Assembly: GCA_000091205.1 (NCBI GenBank)
Contig: AP006484.2
Reading direction: 5' to 3' (one strand)
Origin: Cyanidioschyzon merolae
Lineage: Eukaryota
DNA length: 64,000 nucleotides
Part shown: piece after piece, positions 40,591 through 52,202 of the stretch
How positions within the stretch are numbered: the first letter of the stretch is position 1
Layout of the letters: every line of letters begins with the position of its first letter
The notes under the pieces: model-generated
Database searches by the model: none
Told to the model about the DNA's origin: nothing
Seen by the model: only the letters and a program-made list of their open reading frames with translations
Program-made: the position numbers and the translations under genes

Positions 40591-42427
40591 TGGGTGCGCC
40601 CGCAGCGCCCTGCCTACACGTGTCTGGTGTCAATGCGTACCTCTCTGATCGTCTGGATGCCCGCCTTGGTGCAGTGATGGGGTTTCACGAAATCTACGCT
40701 TGCCTAATCTCAATTCTTAACTGCTCGGAAGTCTCCCTTCCTCGCTTGCTATGTAGATGCGTGGGTACCTTAATCGTAGCTACTGGCCTGTGTTCACCGG
40801 GAGCTGACCCCTGCCGCCTCGGAAGCGCTGGAGTGGCGCAGCGCCTCTGATCCGTCAGGTTTGCAGTCTAGAGGCTGTGAGCGCGTGCAGTCCAGCGCAC
40901 TCCGTCCGCGATGCGTCCAGGTAAAGATGCTTCGTTCGCGACGGTTGACGTGCTCGTTCCTGCAAGCGGCTGCGAAGACGTGGGGAAAATGCAGTCTTGG
41001 CGCAGATAATTTTGCGTCTGGCGGCGTTCCGCGTAGTGGGCTCAGTTATGGGTCGATATGCAAACAAGTCACGTCTAGCGCGGCAGAAACAAACGAACAC
41101 AAGGATAACACCCTGTGCATGGGATCGCAGGCACACACTCGGGGGCGTTGCGTCGGCCCAGTACGCAAGTCGCAAACGCAGCTCCACACTGCGCTCTTCT
41201 GTACAGTCCAAAATGTAAGGGTACCAGCGCAGTACCCGCTTATTTCCTAGTGCGAGCTCTATACTTGCTGCGGAACTCTGGAGCCAAACAAACGACAAGA
41301 GCGAGCGCCCTGCCGTCAGTGTTCAGGAGATGTGATGCGGGGTCGCGTGGCCAGCAGCTCCGCAGTGTAATTCCCTCCGTGGAACCAGAACTACTCAATT
41401 GGTCGGGTCTCGTGCGACGTAGACGAGCAACGAGGACGCTGTGGGCCTGTCGCGACCTCGATTTGTTCTGAGAGGCGCTGGAGCCTCCGTTGCTACTGCG
41501 ACACTCGTCCGGAAACTCCACCTTATGTGTTATTCTGCGCCCAGCGTCCAATACTGAGGCGGAGTCCTCCGAGTTGAAGCAGCCAACGCTTGGCAGCAAG
41601 ACCGGCCTGTAGCTGCCCGGAAACGACCTCAGTTCGTCGCAGACAGGCCTGCACTCCTTCGCAAACTCCACACCCCCGACGTTCTCGTGGTGGACGCTGC
41701 TGTCGAGGGCGTTTCAGCGCACACACAACTGGGTACCACTCAGGGGTACCTTTGTTTGAAAACAAAGGCCGCGCTGGATTCGCACAGTATATAAGGCGCC
41801 GAGCGGCCCTGCTTCCTTCTCACAGATACGTAGGCCTGCCCTCAAACTCAGTCGGTTTGATCGAAGATTCGACTCACTAGACGACTGTCGCGTCCCTGGT
41901 GGACGTCTGTACAAGCCGAGGCGCTCACTTTCGCTAGGCTCTGCTCGACACGTGCTTGCGACTGTCACAGCCGTTGTCGTCGTCTGTATTACCAGCCTTA
42001 CCCCATGCAAGACTGCAGCAGCCGCTGCTACAGTCGTCTACGCTACCGACGCAGCTTCTGCTACGGCTAGGTCTCCCGCAGCAAGCGTTTTGAAACCTTA
42101 TAAAACTGATAATTCTAACCAGAACCCCCTGTGCGCACAATTCCTGCTTATAACCAGGCAAAAGACCACCGTTGCTCTCCAGATACCTCTATGTTCGGCT
42201 AGCCCAAACCTGGTCTCCTCACGAGATAGATAGCAAGCTGCAAACGACACAAAGAGTAGCGGGCATTGCCTCCCCAGTTCGTAGCTCGTCGAGGCGCTGC
42301 CCCGTGGACGGATCGCCCCGGAAAGCTCCGTATCGATCGATGGAATCCACAGTGCGCCTTTCTGAGGAGACGTGCTGGCAACGCTGTGCCCTTCGAAGCG
42401 GAGGCTGCAAGGATTGCGACACTTCTC

Positions 42428-44107
42428 ATGCTGAAAAACGCAACACCAGTGTATGTTGTGAACACCAAGTCGCAGCACAAGCGGGGTCGCGACACCCAGC
42501 TTGCGAACATTGCAGCGGCTAAAGCGGTAGCGGACGTGGTGCGGACGACGCTGGGGCCGCGAGCGATGCTCAAGCTCATCCTCGACGCTATCGGAGGTGT
42601 GGTCATCACTTCAGACGGGAACGCGATCCTGCGAGAGATCGACGTGGGGCACCCGGCGGCCAAGGCGATGCTGGAGCTGTCGCGCACTCAGGACGAGGAA
42701 GTCGGTGACGGAACGACCAGCGTCATTGTGCTGGCGGGGGCGCTTCTCCAGGCCGCGGAGCCGTGCCTAGAGGCGGGCGTCCATCCTACTGTCATCGTTG
42801 GAGCGTACATGCGGGCGCTCCAGGATGCGCTCTCAGAGCTGGAGCAGCGGTGTGCAATTGCAGTGGACTGGAACGATGAGGCGCAGCTGCAGCGCGTCTT
42901 GCGTGCCTGCCTCGGCACCAAGGTGGCTGCTGTCTACCGCGAGCGCGTTGCCGCCTGGTCGCTCGCAGCGGTGAAGCTCATTGCAGAAAGCAGCGCGCCT
43001 GCTATCACCGCAGGAGCCGGCACCCAGCGTCCGCTCGATATCAAGAACCTGGTCCGAGTCGAGAAGATCCCCGGTGGCGACCTCGATGATTCCGCGGTCA
43101 TCCGCGGTGTCGTCCTCAACAAGGACATTGTGCATCCGCAGATGCGGCGACGCATTGAGAATCCGCGCCTGCTTCTCCTGGACTGCCCGCTGGAGTACCG
43201 CAAGGGCGAGTCCCAGCTCACCGTTGAGGTGACACGCGAGGCCGACTGGGAGGCGCTCCTGCAGTCCGAGGAGGCCGTTGTACGCCAGCTGTGCGAGCGC
43301 ATCGCGGCACTGCGCCCCGACTTGGTTATCACCGAGAAGGGTATCAGCGACTTGGCCGCTTACCTGCTGATGCGGGCGGGCATTAGCGCCCTCAGACGTG
43401 TGCGAAAGACCGACAACGAGCGGCTCGTGCGAGCAACCGGTGCGCGTATCGTGTCGCGTATCGAGGAGGCCAGCCAACAGGATATCGGGACGGGAGCGGG
43501 CCTCTTCGAGGTTCGACGCCTCGGCGAGGAGTACTACAGTTTCATTGAGCAATGCACGGCACCAGGCGCGTGCACCGTTCTGCTGCGGGGCGGCAGTAAA
43601 GACACGCTGAATGAGCTCGAGCGCAACCTGCACGATGCACTGTGCGTCCTACGCAGCCTCTATGGTGACCGTCGCGTCGTTGCCGGTGGTGGTGCCACCG
43701 AGATGGCGCTCAGCCGGGCTCTGCTGCAGCGCTCTGCGCTCGTCGAAGGCGCTGCGCAGTGGCCTTATCGACAGGCAGCTGAGGCACTTGAGGTGATCCC
43801 TCGAACGCTTGCCGAGAACTGCGGCACCTCTGTGGTCCGGCTCCTTACGCGGCTTCGCGCAGAGCACGCAGAAGCCGGCCACTCGAACATTGGCGTAGAC
43901 GGTACAAGTGGCGAGCTCATCGACATGATTGAAGCGGGTATTGTGGACGCCTACGCTGTGAAAGCGCAAGCACTTAAGACCGCAGTGGAGTCTGCGTGCA
44001 TGCTTCTGCGTATTGACGACATTCTGAGCGCTGTTCGTAAGCGAGAGGGCAGCGGCACCGCCACAGGAGCAGCCGACGCTACCGAAGACGCCAACCCCAC
44101 GGACTAG
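42428..44107 (+). CDS. CCT3: T-complex protein 1 subunit gamma (CCT3 chaperonin)
   Basis: The first ATG at 42428 gives MLKNATPVYVVNTKSQHKRGRDTQLANIAAAKAVADVVRTTLGPRAMLK..DGNAILREIDVGHPAAKAMLELSRTQDEEVGDGTTSVIVLAGA..., collinear with eukaryotic CCT gamma. The equatorial domain GDGTT and ATP-binding motifs are present, as is ..RVEKIPGG..ITEKGISDLA.. The ORF-track start at 42266 is an artefact. Confidence 0.9.
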   Translation: MLKNATPVYVVNTKSQHKRGRDTQLANIAAAKAVADVVRTTLGPRAMLKLILDAIGGVVITSDGNAILREIDVGHPAAKAMLELSRTQDEEVGDGTTSVIVLAGALLQAAEPCLEAGVHPTVIVGAYMRALQDALSELEQRCAIAVDWNDEAQLQRVLRACLGTKVAAVYRERVAAWSLAAVKLIAESSAPAITAGAGTQRPLDIKNLVRVEKIPGGDLDDSAVIRGVVLNKDIVHPQMRRRIENPRLLLLDCPLEYRKGESQLTVEVTREADWEALLQSEEAVVRQLCERIAALRPDLVITEKGISDLAAYLLMRAGISALRRVRKTDNERLVRATGARIVSRIEEASQQDIGTGAGLFEVRRLGEEYYSFIEQCTAPGACTVLLRGGSKDTLNELERNLHDALCVLRSLYGDRRVVAGGGATEMALSRALLQRSALVEGAAQWPYRQAAEALEVIPRTLAENCGTSVVRLLTRLRAEHAEAGHSNIGVDGTSGELIDMIEAGIVDAYAVKAQALKTAVESACMLLRIDDILSAVRKREGSGTATGAADATEDANPTD

Positions 44108-45300
44108 CGAGCATCTGCGGGATGTTTGCAAGGGTGCAGCTGGTGTATCCACTAGACCGGTACAGTAGTCTGGGTCGTGCCGACTGCAATCGCGTTCGGG
44201 CATACGCTGAATTTCATGCGAGTTCGTATGCTTAGCATCTTCTTCACTCTGGCTGTATCGCTAGACTTTGTCATAGACTTGGTTGCTTCTTCTTTACTAC
44301 ATTTCTTCTCGTGGCAGTAGAAAAGACCTCTTATTCTCTATTCGGTGACTGGAGTTTTTGCTGACTGTGAGAGATGTTTGTATGTGCAAGCTGCCTACTC
44401 GGTTGCGTATCTGCTTGGAGACTTTCCCTGATAAAGATTCAATCAGCAGACAGTTTTTTTGCTCTTTCGTAGGAGGGAAAAGCTTTTGACAGAAAGATTT
44501 TTGTATTGAAGTTTCTGTGCGTTTGCAACTCGTCCGTGTGATCGAGCACCCAGTGAGACCATTCCAGATTATTGCAGTAGCGCTGTTCAACAGGATATGA
44601 ACCTTTTCATTGCCGTGCACAGTAACGAACTCGTGCCTTTCAGCAGAAACCACAACGTCTTGTAGAATCCAGTGTTCTGATTCGGTAGAAGAATGCTTGA
44701 CGGCACGGAGGTTCTCTGCTGGTTACGCGGCGATACCCATCCCTGGGAGCTTTATATATGGGGCATAAGTACGATCTGCTCTTCTCAACAGCAGCTCTTT
44801 GGGGCATGCGTCTCCACGTAACGCGTACATTTCCATTTGATCTGGACCGTTCGCGACCAGCGAGTGGACAGAGGCGGAGAACATATTCTCTGTGCATCGC
44901 TCGAAATATTGCTTTTCGGCGGAAAACGAGGTGCTAAACGACGCACCGCCCCGAGATGCTGTGGCGGCTGCCCTGCATAGCTGTTGACACTCGTGCCGCA
45001 ATGCGCTGATGAATGTTCGCCTTTGATTGTGCACATGAGCTGGGCATATCGAATTGTTGTTCTAGGGGCAGCTGCTCATTGTCAAAAACGAAAGTAGGAA
45101 ATTTTTAACGGAGAGGCAGGGGTCGTTGCAATCTGGTCGGGTTTGTGTCGCGGATGTATTCCACTAGCTGTTTCCAGTAGAGACGCCACAGTTTGCAAGA
45201 GGTATCCAGGATTGATCTTCGATTTATTTCATTTACGGTACTTTGACGGCATCATTTCAAAGCTGTACGCTTTGCGCATCTGTTTCATCGGTGCTGAGTG

Positions 45301-47334
45301 CTAGCTGCGAAATGAGAGACTCGAAAAATCGTTTTTCAATCTCTGGCTCGTCACATGCAGGAGCACTCTGACGCGGGTGGAGTGTTCGATACCGAGCACT
45401 TCACTTGCCCTGCGAATTGCGTCCAGAACGTCGCAGTCCAAACATGCAGCTAGAACGATAAGACGCTGGATTTCAGTATCATCAGGAAACCGTCGACTTA
45501 TGAGTACCCGGATGGCTTCCTCTTCGACAATTGGCTTGGCTGCACGTGAGAGCGATGATGATGCCCGTTCCTCGCCGAGCACAGCTACCAAGAAGCGGCG
45601 CATCTCACGTAAACGCTTTCGAGTGTGCGGCTCATGCAGAGGAAGCTGCTGAACATGGCTAGCGCGCCGCGTTCGATCTTCCGTCTCTGATTCGATGGAG
45701 AGCGCTTCGTCAATCGAGCATCGCCAAACTTCCGCGGCTACGGCCTCTTCGAGCTCCTTAATTTGCGACCAACCGAGGCCGAAGAGACTCCGAAGTGCAG
45801 CAAGATTTTTTGCTTCGTAAGCGATCATATGTGCGAAGATGGTGCTCTTGTACATCCGCGAAACATAACAGCGATATGCGTCGCTTAACGACTCCTGCTG
45901 CTCGCGCCGCTTCTGCGGTATCACTACTTTGCGCATAACATTCGTTACTTGCTCATTACCGGCAGCACATTCATCGATGCACGGGCAGAGCCAGTTCCGA
46001 TACCAGCGGAGGAGCGCATCGGTTTCGCGGAGTGCACGTCCGTAGTCTCGTTCTTTCATGAATGCATGGATATTGAAGAGAAATTTTTCAATGTGTTTTC
46101 GCGCTACTTCTCCGATGATTTGGGGGATTTGCCTCTTGTTCCGGTGATTGCATTGCTCGCACAGCTCGCCAAGGCGTCCATGTGAAAAGCCTTGCAAATG
46201 ATTCAAAAAAGCGGGAAATTCGGGTCGTCGCTCCGTTTCTCCCGGTGCTGATTCTGCTCTCGAAAGCGATGCACAGCGTATGGCTAAAACGCTGCCGTGG
46301 CAGTCCGCATAGAGCGCCTCGAAAAGCGGCGTTCCCGACGTTGCTTCCGAGCCTGGTGCCGCTCCATTCCTCGAAGCATCGATGCCTTCAGTTCCTGGAC
46401 AAGCAGCCTCGCGTCTCATGAAAAACCTCTGCAGCGCGCACCACCAGGATGCCTTAGAGGCTGCCACTGACGCGTGCTGCCCCGTTTCTGTCACCGTTTT
46501 AGGGGAAACCTGTGCGCCGTCCGCATCTGTTTTAACGTTGGATGATGCGCCCCTCGGTGGAGCCCATGAAGGTCCAGAGAGCCTATCAGAAGCAGCAATC
46601 CCCGACGATGATTCTAGCCGCGCATTGGCCACGGATGGCATAGAATGTTCAGGCTTCTGAACTTTCCGCGGCCTTCTCTGCGTCAGTCTAAGCGTGAACG
46701 ATATCATGGCAAACGGTACAGCGAATCCGAGAAGCACGAAACCTGCAATTGCTCCCGGAATTTGTCGCAAGATTGTCTGGGGCGACGACAGTGCTTCTAC
46801 AGAACTCTTTGCAAGCACACATGGGTTTTGCTTGGAGTCGGCGACGCGGTAGTAACCGGATGCTTGTTGCAGCCGCTGAGGTGCTACGCGCACAGATACC
46901 TTTTTCGTACTCTGCTCCGTTACGCCTTGCAGCGAGCCATGCGCGTGCGAGTAGCTATGTTTCAAATACTGTTGCACCTGGAGAGCAGCTTGATTCAAAA
47001 GAGTCTCCATCTTTACAGCGCGCGCATGCCCCGGTTCCAGCTGAGCGGTGACGTGGACTCCTTCGCAGCTTTTGAGTTGACCCTGAACGACACCACGAAT
47101 CAACCAGTATCTATGGAAACCTCGCCTCTCACACGCCGATCTAGGTCTCGCTGATGCAAAACGAAACTTCGCTGCTTGGCTCCGACAAGCAGGTACGAAA
47201 GCGAACGCCAGCCGAAAACTTCTTGGCATAAGTTTCGGGTAAGGAGAACGTTGCCTGTGGTCGTTTCTTTTCCCAAAACGCAAACCTGAAGCTTTTCCAC
47301 CGCCATTCCCAAAAAGCGAAGTTCTCATGGACAC
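45301..47334 (-). CDS. Hypothetical protein (677 aa) with one predicted TM helix; no recognisable domain
   Basis: A long uninterrupted minus-strand ORF with coding-like composition. A hydrophobic segment reads ILRQIPGAIAGFVLLGFAVPFAMISFTL. The start codon is uncertain. Confidence 0.4.
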   Translation of the reverse strand: MSMRTSLFGNGGGKASGLRFGKRNDHRQRSPYPKLMPRSFRLAFAFVPACRSQAAKFRFASARPRSACERRGFHRYWLIRGVVQGQLKSCEGVHVTAQLEPGHARAVKMETLLNQAALQVQQYLKHSYSHAHGSLQGVTEQSTKKVSVRVAPQRLQQASGYYRVADSKQNPCVLAKSSVEALSSPQTILRQIPGAIAGFVLLGFAVPFAMISFTLRLTQRRPRKVQKPEHSMPSVANARLESSSGIAASDRLSGPSWAPPRGASSNVKTDADGAQVSPKTVTETGQHASVAASKASWWCALQRFFMRREAACPGTEGIDASRNGAAPGSEATSGTPLFEALYADCHGSVLAIRCASLSRAESAPGETERRPEFPAFLNHLQGFSHGRLGELCEQCNHRNKRQIPQIIGEVARKHIEKFLFNIHAFMKERDYGRALRETDALLRWYRNWLCPCIDECAAGNEQVTNVMRKVVIPQKRREQQESLSDAYRCYVSRMYKSTIFAHMIAYEAKNLAALRSLFGLGWSQIKELEEAVAAEVWRCSIDEALSIESETEDRTRRASHVQQLPLHEPHTRKRLREMRRFLVAVLGEERASSSLSRAAKPIVEEEAIRVLISRRFPDDTEIQRLIVLAACLDCDVLDAIRRASEVLGIEHSTRVRVLLHVTSQRLKNDFSSLSFRS

Positions 47335-47724
47335 GGGAGCCCGTGCGTTGCGTTTCCGTGCGTCGCCTTGCCTTGCTCAGCTTTTCGGAGGACCTTGGAA
47401 TACAGAACCCTTTCTTCCCAGTAGCGCGCACGGATGTGCAATGCTCGCGGGAAATCGTTATTTGGCGCGAAATCGCTAGTCGACAGCGGCGCTGCCGGCG
47501 GGGTCTCGCTGCTCAGCCATCGCCATGGGTCGTAACCTAAAGAATCCCAATTGTACATTTATAACCCTAATTGTACATAAATCGCTTCCTCGAAGGCCAT
47601 GGACCGTATCGCGAGGGAATTCGGCCCTTCATCGTCAGGGTCCTTGTACTCTTCCAGTTCAGTTGTGTTCCATCCCAGGTGCGTGTCAAAAAACGCTTTT
47701 TCGTGGTTTCTAACAGATATACTC

Positions 47725-48195
47725 GAAGTGCATTCATTAGAGGAAATAAAAAATGCAAGGGGAAGGTATGGACGCAGAAGTCAGGGATACTGGAGGACCG
47801 TCAATGCCGGATACAAAAAATGTAGGGATTCCTCTTCCGACCGAGTATCGACTGAAGTAGAGCAACTAAAAAAGAAGCAGAAGAAGGGACACAGACGAGA
47901 AAATGTGCTACTTCACGGGATGATGACCAGACTTTGATGGCACAGAGGGCACACGTTCGAGGAATCCCTGCCATGGAGAGTTGAACCAGAGGCAACCAAC
48001 GCATGGATTTCGTGAACCGAGACTTCAGCGCCGCCATCAATATCAGACGATTTGTGACGTTGAAGAAGAGACTCGAGGAGCTGACGTGGGCAAATTTTGT
48101 CCGGTAATCTCTCATGCTCGAAGTGTACAAGGAGAAGCTGAAGCCGACTTCAGGAGGCCGGTTGAAAAAGGCTGGAGTAGGCTGGGAGTGGATAT
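47725..48195 (+). repeat. Diverged relic of the TnpB/Fanzor-like element family (3' portion), homologous to 4740-5205 and to the repeat B tail
   Basis: The translated frame gives ..TRGNQRMDFVNRDFSAAINIRRFVTLKKRLEELTWANFVR*, the RuvC-III motif, then ..LEVYKEKLKPTSGGRLKKAGVGWEW (compare B: AEVYEVKMKTIAVGRLKETGS). The nucleotide tail ..ggccggttgaaaaaggctggagtaggctgggagtgga is conserved with B1. Confidence 0.5.
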
Positions 48196-50077
48196 TCTTT
48201 TAACCCTCGGTTTCGAAACTTTCTCGCTCCATTGCCCGAATACGATAAAACAGTTAGATGTTCGCTCTGCTCCTGCATGTAAATAGTTTATCCAGAATTT
48301 TCTGACGTGTACGGCCTCGACAATCGATGTGTAGCGATATGGTCTTGCGGATTGAATCGTGGTCGAAGGACCCGCGGTGGTATTTTCGGAATGACACGTT
48401 TGCAGCTTGGCCGGGGATATTCGATATGTCACCGGAAGCAAGATGATTCGTGACGTATTCGAATAAAGGTTCGTAAAATAACCGACATGGTCATCCAGTG
48501 GATATGTAGAAACCTCTACAATTCTGTTTTATGTACGCCCAGCATGGTAAAACCATGCATTGTCCTAGTTTTCGTGCTTGCAATCTCAAGCAAACTCGTG
48601 GGTGCAGCCATTCGAGCCGCAGATTGGATGGCGAGATGAGTCGACCTCTTCCCTCAACTACTAGTTTTCATGCTCGTGCCCATGGTCAATTGAACTCCTG
48701 CGCCAAATAATCGATTTCATTCGAAAAACAAATCCGCCAACGGTGACATCTACAGAATGGTTACCCGCTGCAGCATGAGACCCCCATGGGGTATGCTCCT
48801 CGAGGCTGCCGTCTCGTCTGATTCGCTCGAAAACGGTCATAGGCTCGGACTTTAGTTATCATAAAAACCGCTGCCATCGGAGAGAGCGTCACAGAATTGC
48901 AGGAAGCAAGCGTGAAGGGATCGAAAGTTCTCGACTTGTTCGCCAGCCTCGAGTTCCTTTTCTGTGTAGGTTTCGTCTTCGATAACACCGCGAACCACGA
49001 ATTCTCTATCAAATGGAACGACATCCGCTTCCATATACAGCTGATATACTACTCGGGGAGAAAATCGCCCAGAAAAAGTATGTGATTGCAGGGTACGGCA
49101 GCAAGCGTTGAAACAGATGAGGGCATCGAGGCGAGCCTTCTGTAACAGTCAAGTTCATGGATGGAGCAACGAATCAAGGCTCCATGCTCCGCAGGGCAGC
49201 GCTCGTAGGTGGAGACGATTTGGCGCCCATATAGGGATACTTGACTACAGCCAAGTGTGACCATTGCGTAGAAAACACCTAGCCTGTGCGCAAAGAAGAT
49301 GAAGATGGCAAGCGAGGCGTAGATCGAAGCATCCGCCTGCCCATGAACTGTGTTGACAACCACCGAAAGAGGAAAAATTGTATTCCAAGATCATCATCAA
49401 AATCTTTCAACTGTTAACAACGGAGTTGGAGAAAAAACAGACCGGCTTCATTAAATCCAGAGTTCCGAGAGAGAAGCTGAAGCAGTCGCAGAAAAAGAAG
49501 GCGAAGGCTATTCGGGATGGCAATTGGAACAGACCCAAATTTTCAGCGTGTACGCCTTACATAGCTAAATGGACTCATTCCAATGTACTCAAATATCGAT
49601 ACAGAACTTGCCGCATTCAGCGGAGCTGCGCCAGGTCGGGACCGCCTCCGTCAAAAAACGCTTCGCTACGTGCGAACCTCGAACCGCTGTCGAGTGGCGA
49701 TAAAAGGAGATGGTCTCTTTCTTTGGACAGTTTCTACCAGCTGTCCGCTAGATAGCGCTACGTTGCTTTTGATTCGCCGAGATTTCATTCGCTCACGGCG
49801 TAGTGCAGGTCTCAGATCCATGCTATGTTTAAATTGACTCTGGAAAGTTCTTGCGTTTGAACGCCATTGCGACAGGGCGAGCGCTCTGCTCGATGATGCT
49901 TCCGATAGGGGATGGATCCAACCAGCTACGAATGTATTGTAGTCCTCGGCCGGCGCAATAGTATCCTTTTATCATTTCGAATTGGAAAGAGCGCAGTGCA
50001 AAACTGCGTGCTATTCTCGTCGCAGCCTACTGGCCGAAAATCTGGAATGAGAATGATTGTTGGCGTTTGGACCCATA

Positions 50078-50709
50078 TTAGAATAAAATAGCACGATTGG
50101 AAACGCTAAAGCTTCGGTTTCTTCCCTCTCTCATTAACGACAGCATTTGCGGGCTTTTTCTGCGAATGGTTCCTTGTTCTGTACCATATCCAAGGAAGAA
50201 ATCATACGGCCTTTCGTTTAGGTCCAGCTCCGTAATGAACAGTCGAGAGATATTGATGACGGCATTAAAGTTCCGATTTCTCCGCTTCTGGATCTTCTTC
50301 ACGCATTTAACGCACAGGCGGGAACTTCGATCATCGCCTCGCTTCAAAATTTCATCGTCTCAGCGTACACGCTCGGTGCGAACGTCGCAGCGGAGGCGCC
50401 TTACGATGGTCAGGTTTTCCCATACGTACAAGAGATCTCACGCGTTGAGGCAGGCCCTGTAGTAGGCGGAGGGTTTACTTCCTTGCCCGGTACATGCCAG
50501 TGCTGGTTACAGACGGCAACCATCTGTGTTCTACCCCGTTTCCATACACAGTGCTGCACCTGACAATCAGGGGCTTCATCTGTGCTCTCTCGTCGACGAG
50601 TGCTATGTCCGCTGCACACAGGCAAAAACGCACGCTGTCCCATTCGACAGAGGGTATGTGGAACGCAATACTGCCCCATCACGCAGAAAATAACGAAAGC
50701 AAAGACCAC
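50078..50709 (-). pseudogene. Second, distinct TnpB/Fanzor-like relic (zinc-ribbon + RuvC-III region), with the catalytic Asp replaced
   Basis: Minus-strand translation: ..RSSRLCVKCVKKIQKRRNRNFNAVINISRLFITEL.. (50078-50347). This is a CxxC followed about 10 aa later by N-R-N-F-N-A-V-I-N-I, the arrangement of the OrfB zinc-ribbon C-terminus. The adjacent upstream minus-strand ORF (50410-50709) ends ..GKEVNPPPTTGPASTREISC, which could be a degraded V-x-V-N-P-x-x-T-S..C RuvC-II/zinc-finger segment in another frame. Confidence 0.45.
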
Positions 50710-52202
50710 GTTAAAGATCAGGTTTTCAAATTTCTTACCGTGTACGCTTAAGTTTCCAAAAGCGATAATGCACGCTCCACTGGAAGCGATCGCTGGGGTG
50801 ACGGAAGTCCACTTTCTTGGCGCTGTTCCATGCCAGCACGACAGAAATAATGGGAGCGTCTAAGAGCATGTCCCGTGAGTGGTAGCATGCCTTTGCTGAA
50901 GCGCGATTCATTAATGGCTTCCAAGCAAGCGTAATGTGTCTTCAAACGGAACTAATTATTTAACATGACGAGTTCACTGAACTTCCGGCATGAGATTGTC
51001 ATTAGCCAGCACGGGACGACGTGTCATTGGTTCGTCCTCTATCCAATGGCGCTCGTCGCCGCGCTAGCGAGAAGCGTTGAAAGAGAAAGATCGAGTCTGT
51101 TATGGAGGTGTGATTTGAGCATGCGACTCGTAGGGAAAGCAGACGAAATGAGGCTTGCATGTATAAATTAGATCACGATATCGGTTACTTTACGACAGTT
51201 GTTCGAGCGCGTGCCGAGTCACCTTAATGATGGTCTCGGAACGAGTTCCAAAGGCGAATATTCGAGGCAACCACTCCAAAACAACGACCGAGGATCGTAA
51301 AACGTCGTCTGGATTCGTAGCCTCTTATTGCTGCACTTGGAATGTCGACGCTGCATATCTAAAAAGTTTCGGATTCGTTCTATAGTCAGGGACAGAGGGA
51401 GCAGGTCAATTTTCCATTGTGAACGGACCCGGCTTTCGATGCCGTGCAGGCTAGTTTACCGATTAAGAGCGCATCATACAGTGCAGAGCGGCGTGCTGCG
51501 CAAGAGCTCACGCCAAATCCATTTGCATGGTGAAAGCAAACTTTATCCACATCGAAAACGAATGCATGGCTTGGAAATATGGTCCGGAGCCTGTGCAGCA
51601 TTGCTTTAGTTGTCGACGCATGCGATATGCCGCTTCTACGCCGCTATTCAACGCAGAGATTCCGGGGAGGCATCGTCGCGAAACATAATGTCGCAGTCAA
51701 TTCGTGACGGATAAACGCAACGTACTAGTCAGCGAGACGATTGCGTAGCTAAGCGATGGCCATGACGGCAAGCAAAACTTGGGGCCGGCTGGGCACTCGA
51801 AAGAGGATTAGAATCCTGCAAGGCGCGGTGACGGATACAATCCTCACAGGCATCCATTGGGCCTCGCTTCGCACACGAGTTCTACTCCCGGTCCGAGGAA
51901 TCGACCACTGTGAAGAAAGGAAATTTCATGGTTTTTCGTTCCCAGTGGACAATGCTTGCATTCCATTTCGTCGCATTTATCCGATTTTAATAAATACTGC
52001 TTCTCGGCCAGTTTCATTTAGCGCCTTCCTGGACTAGTATCAACCGTCTTCAACAGCGAGAATTTTTTTTGCTGCCTAGTCCTGGCAAAAAATATACTGG
52101 ATAGCCGTAAGGCTGCTCTCTCTGCGCAGGACGCAAACATCTGCCAAAGACGTGGCTGCTCACCTCGGCACCCTCGAGCGTCGCGCACCCGCAGCACCGC
52201 GC

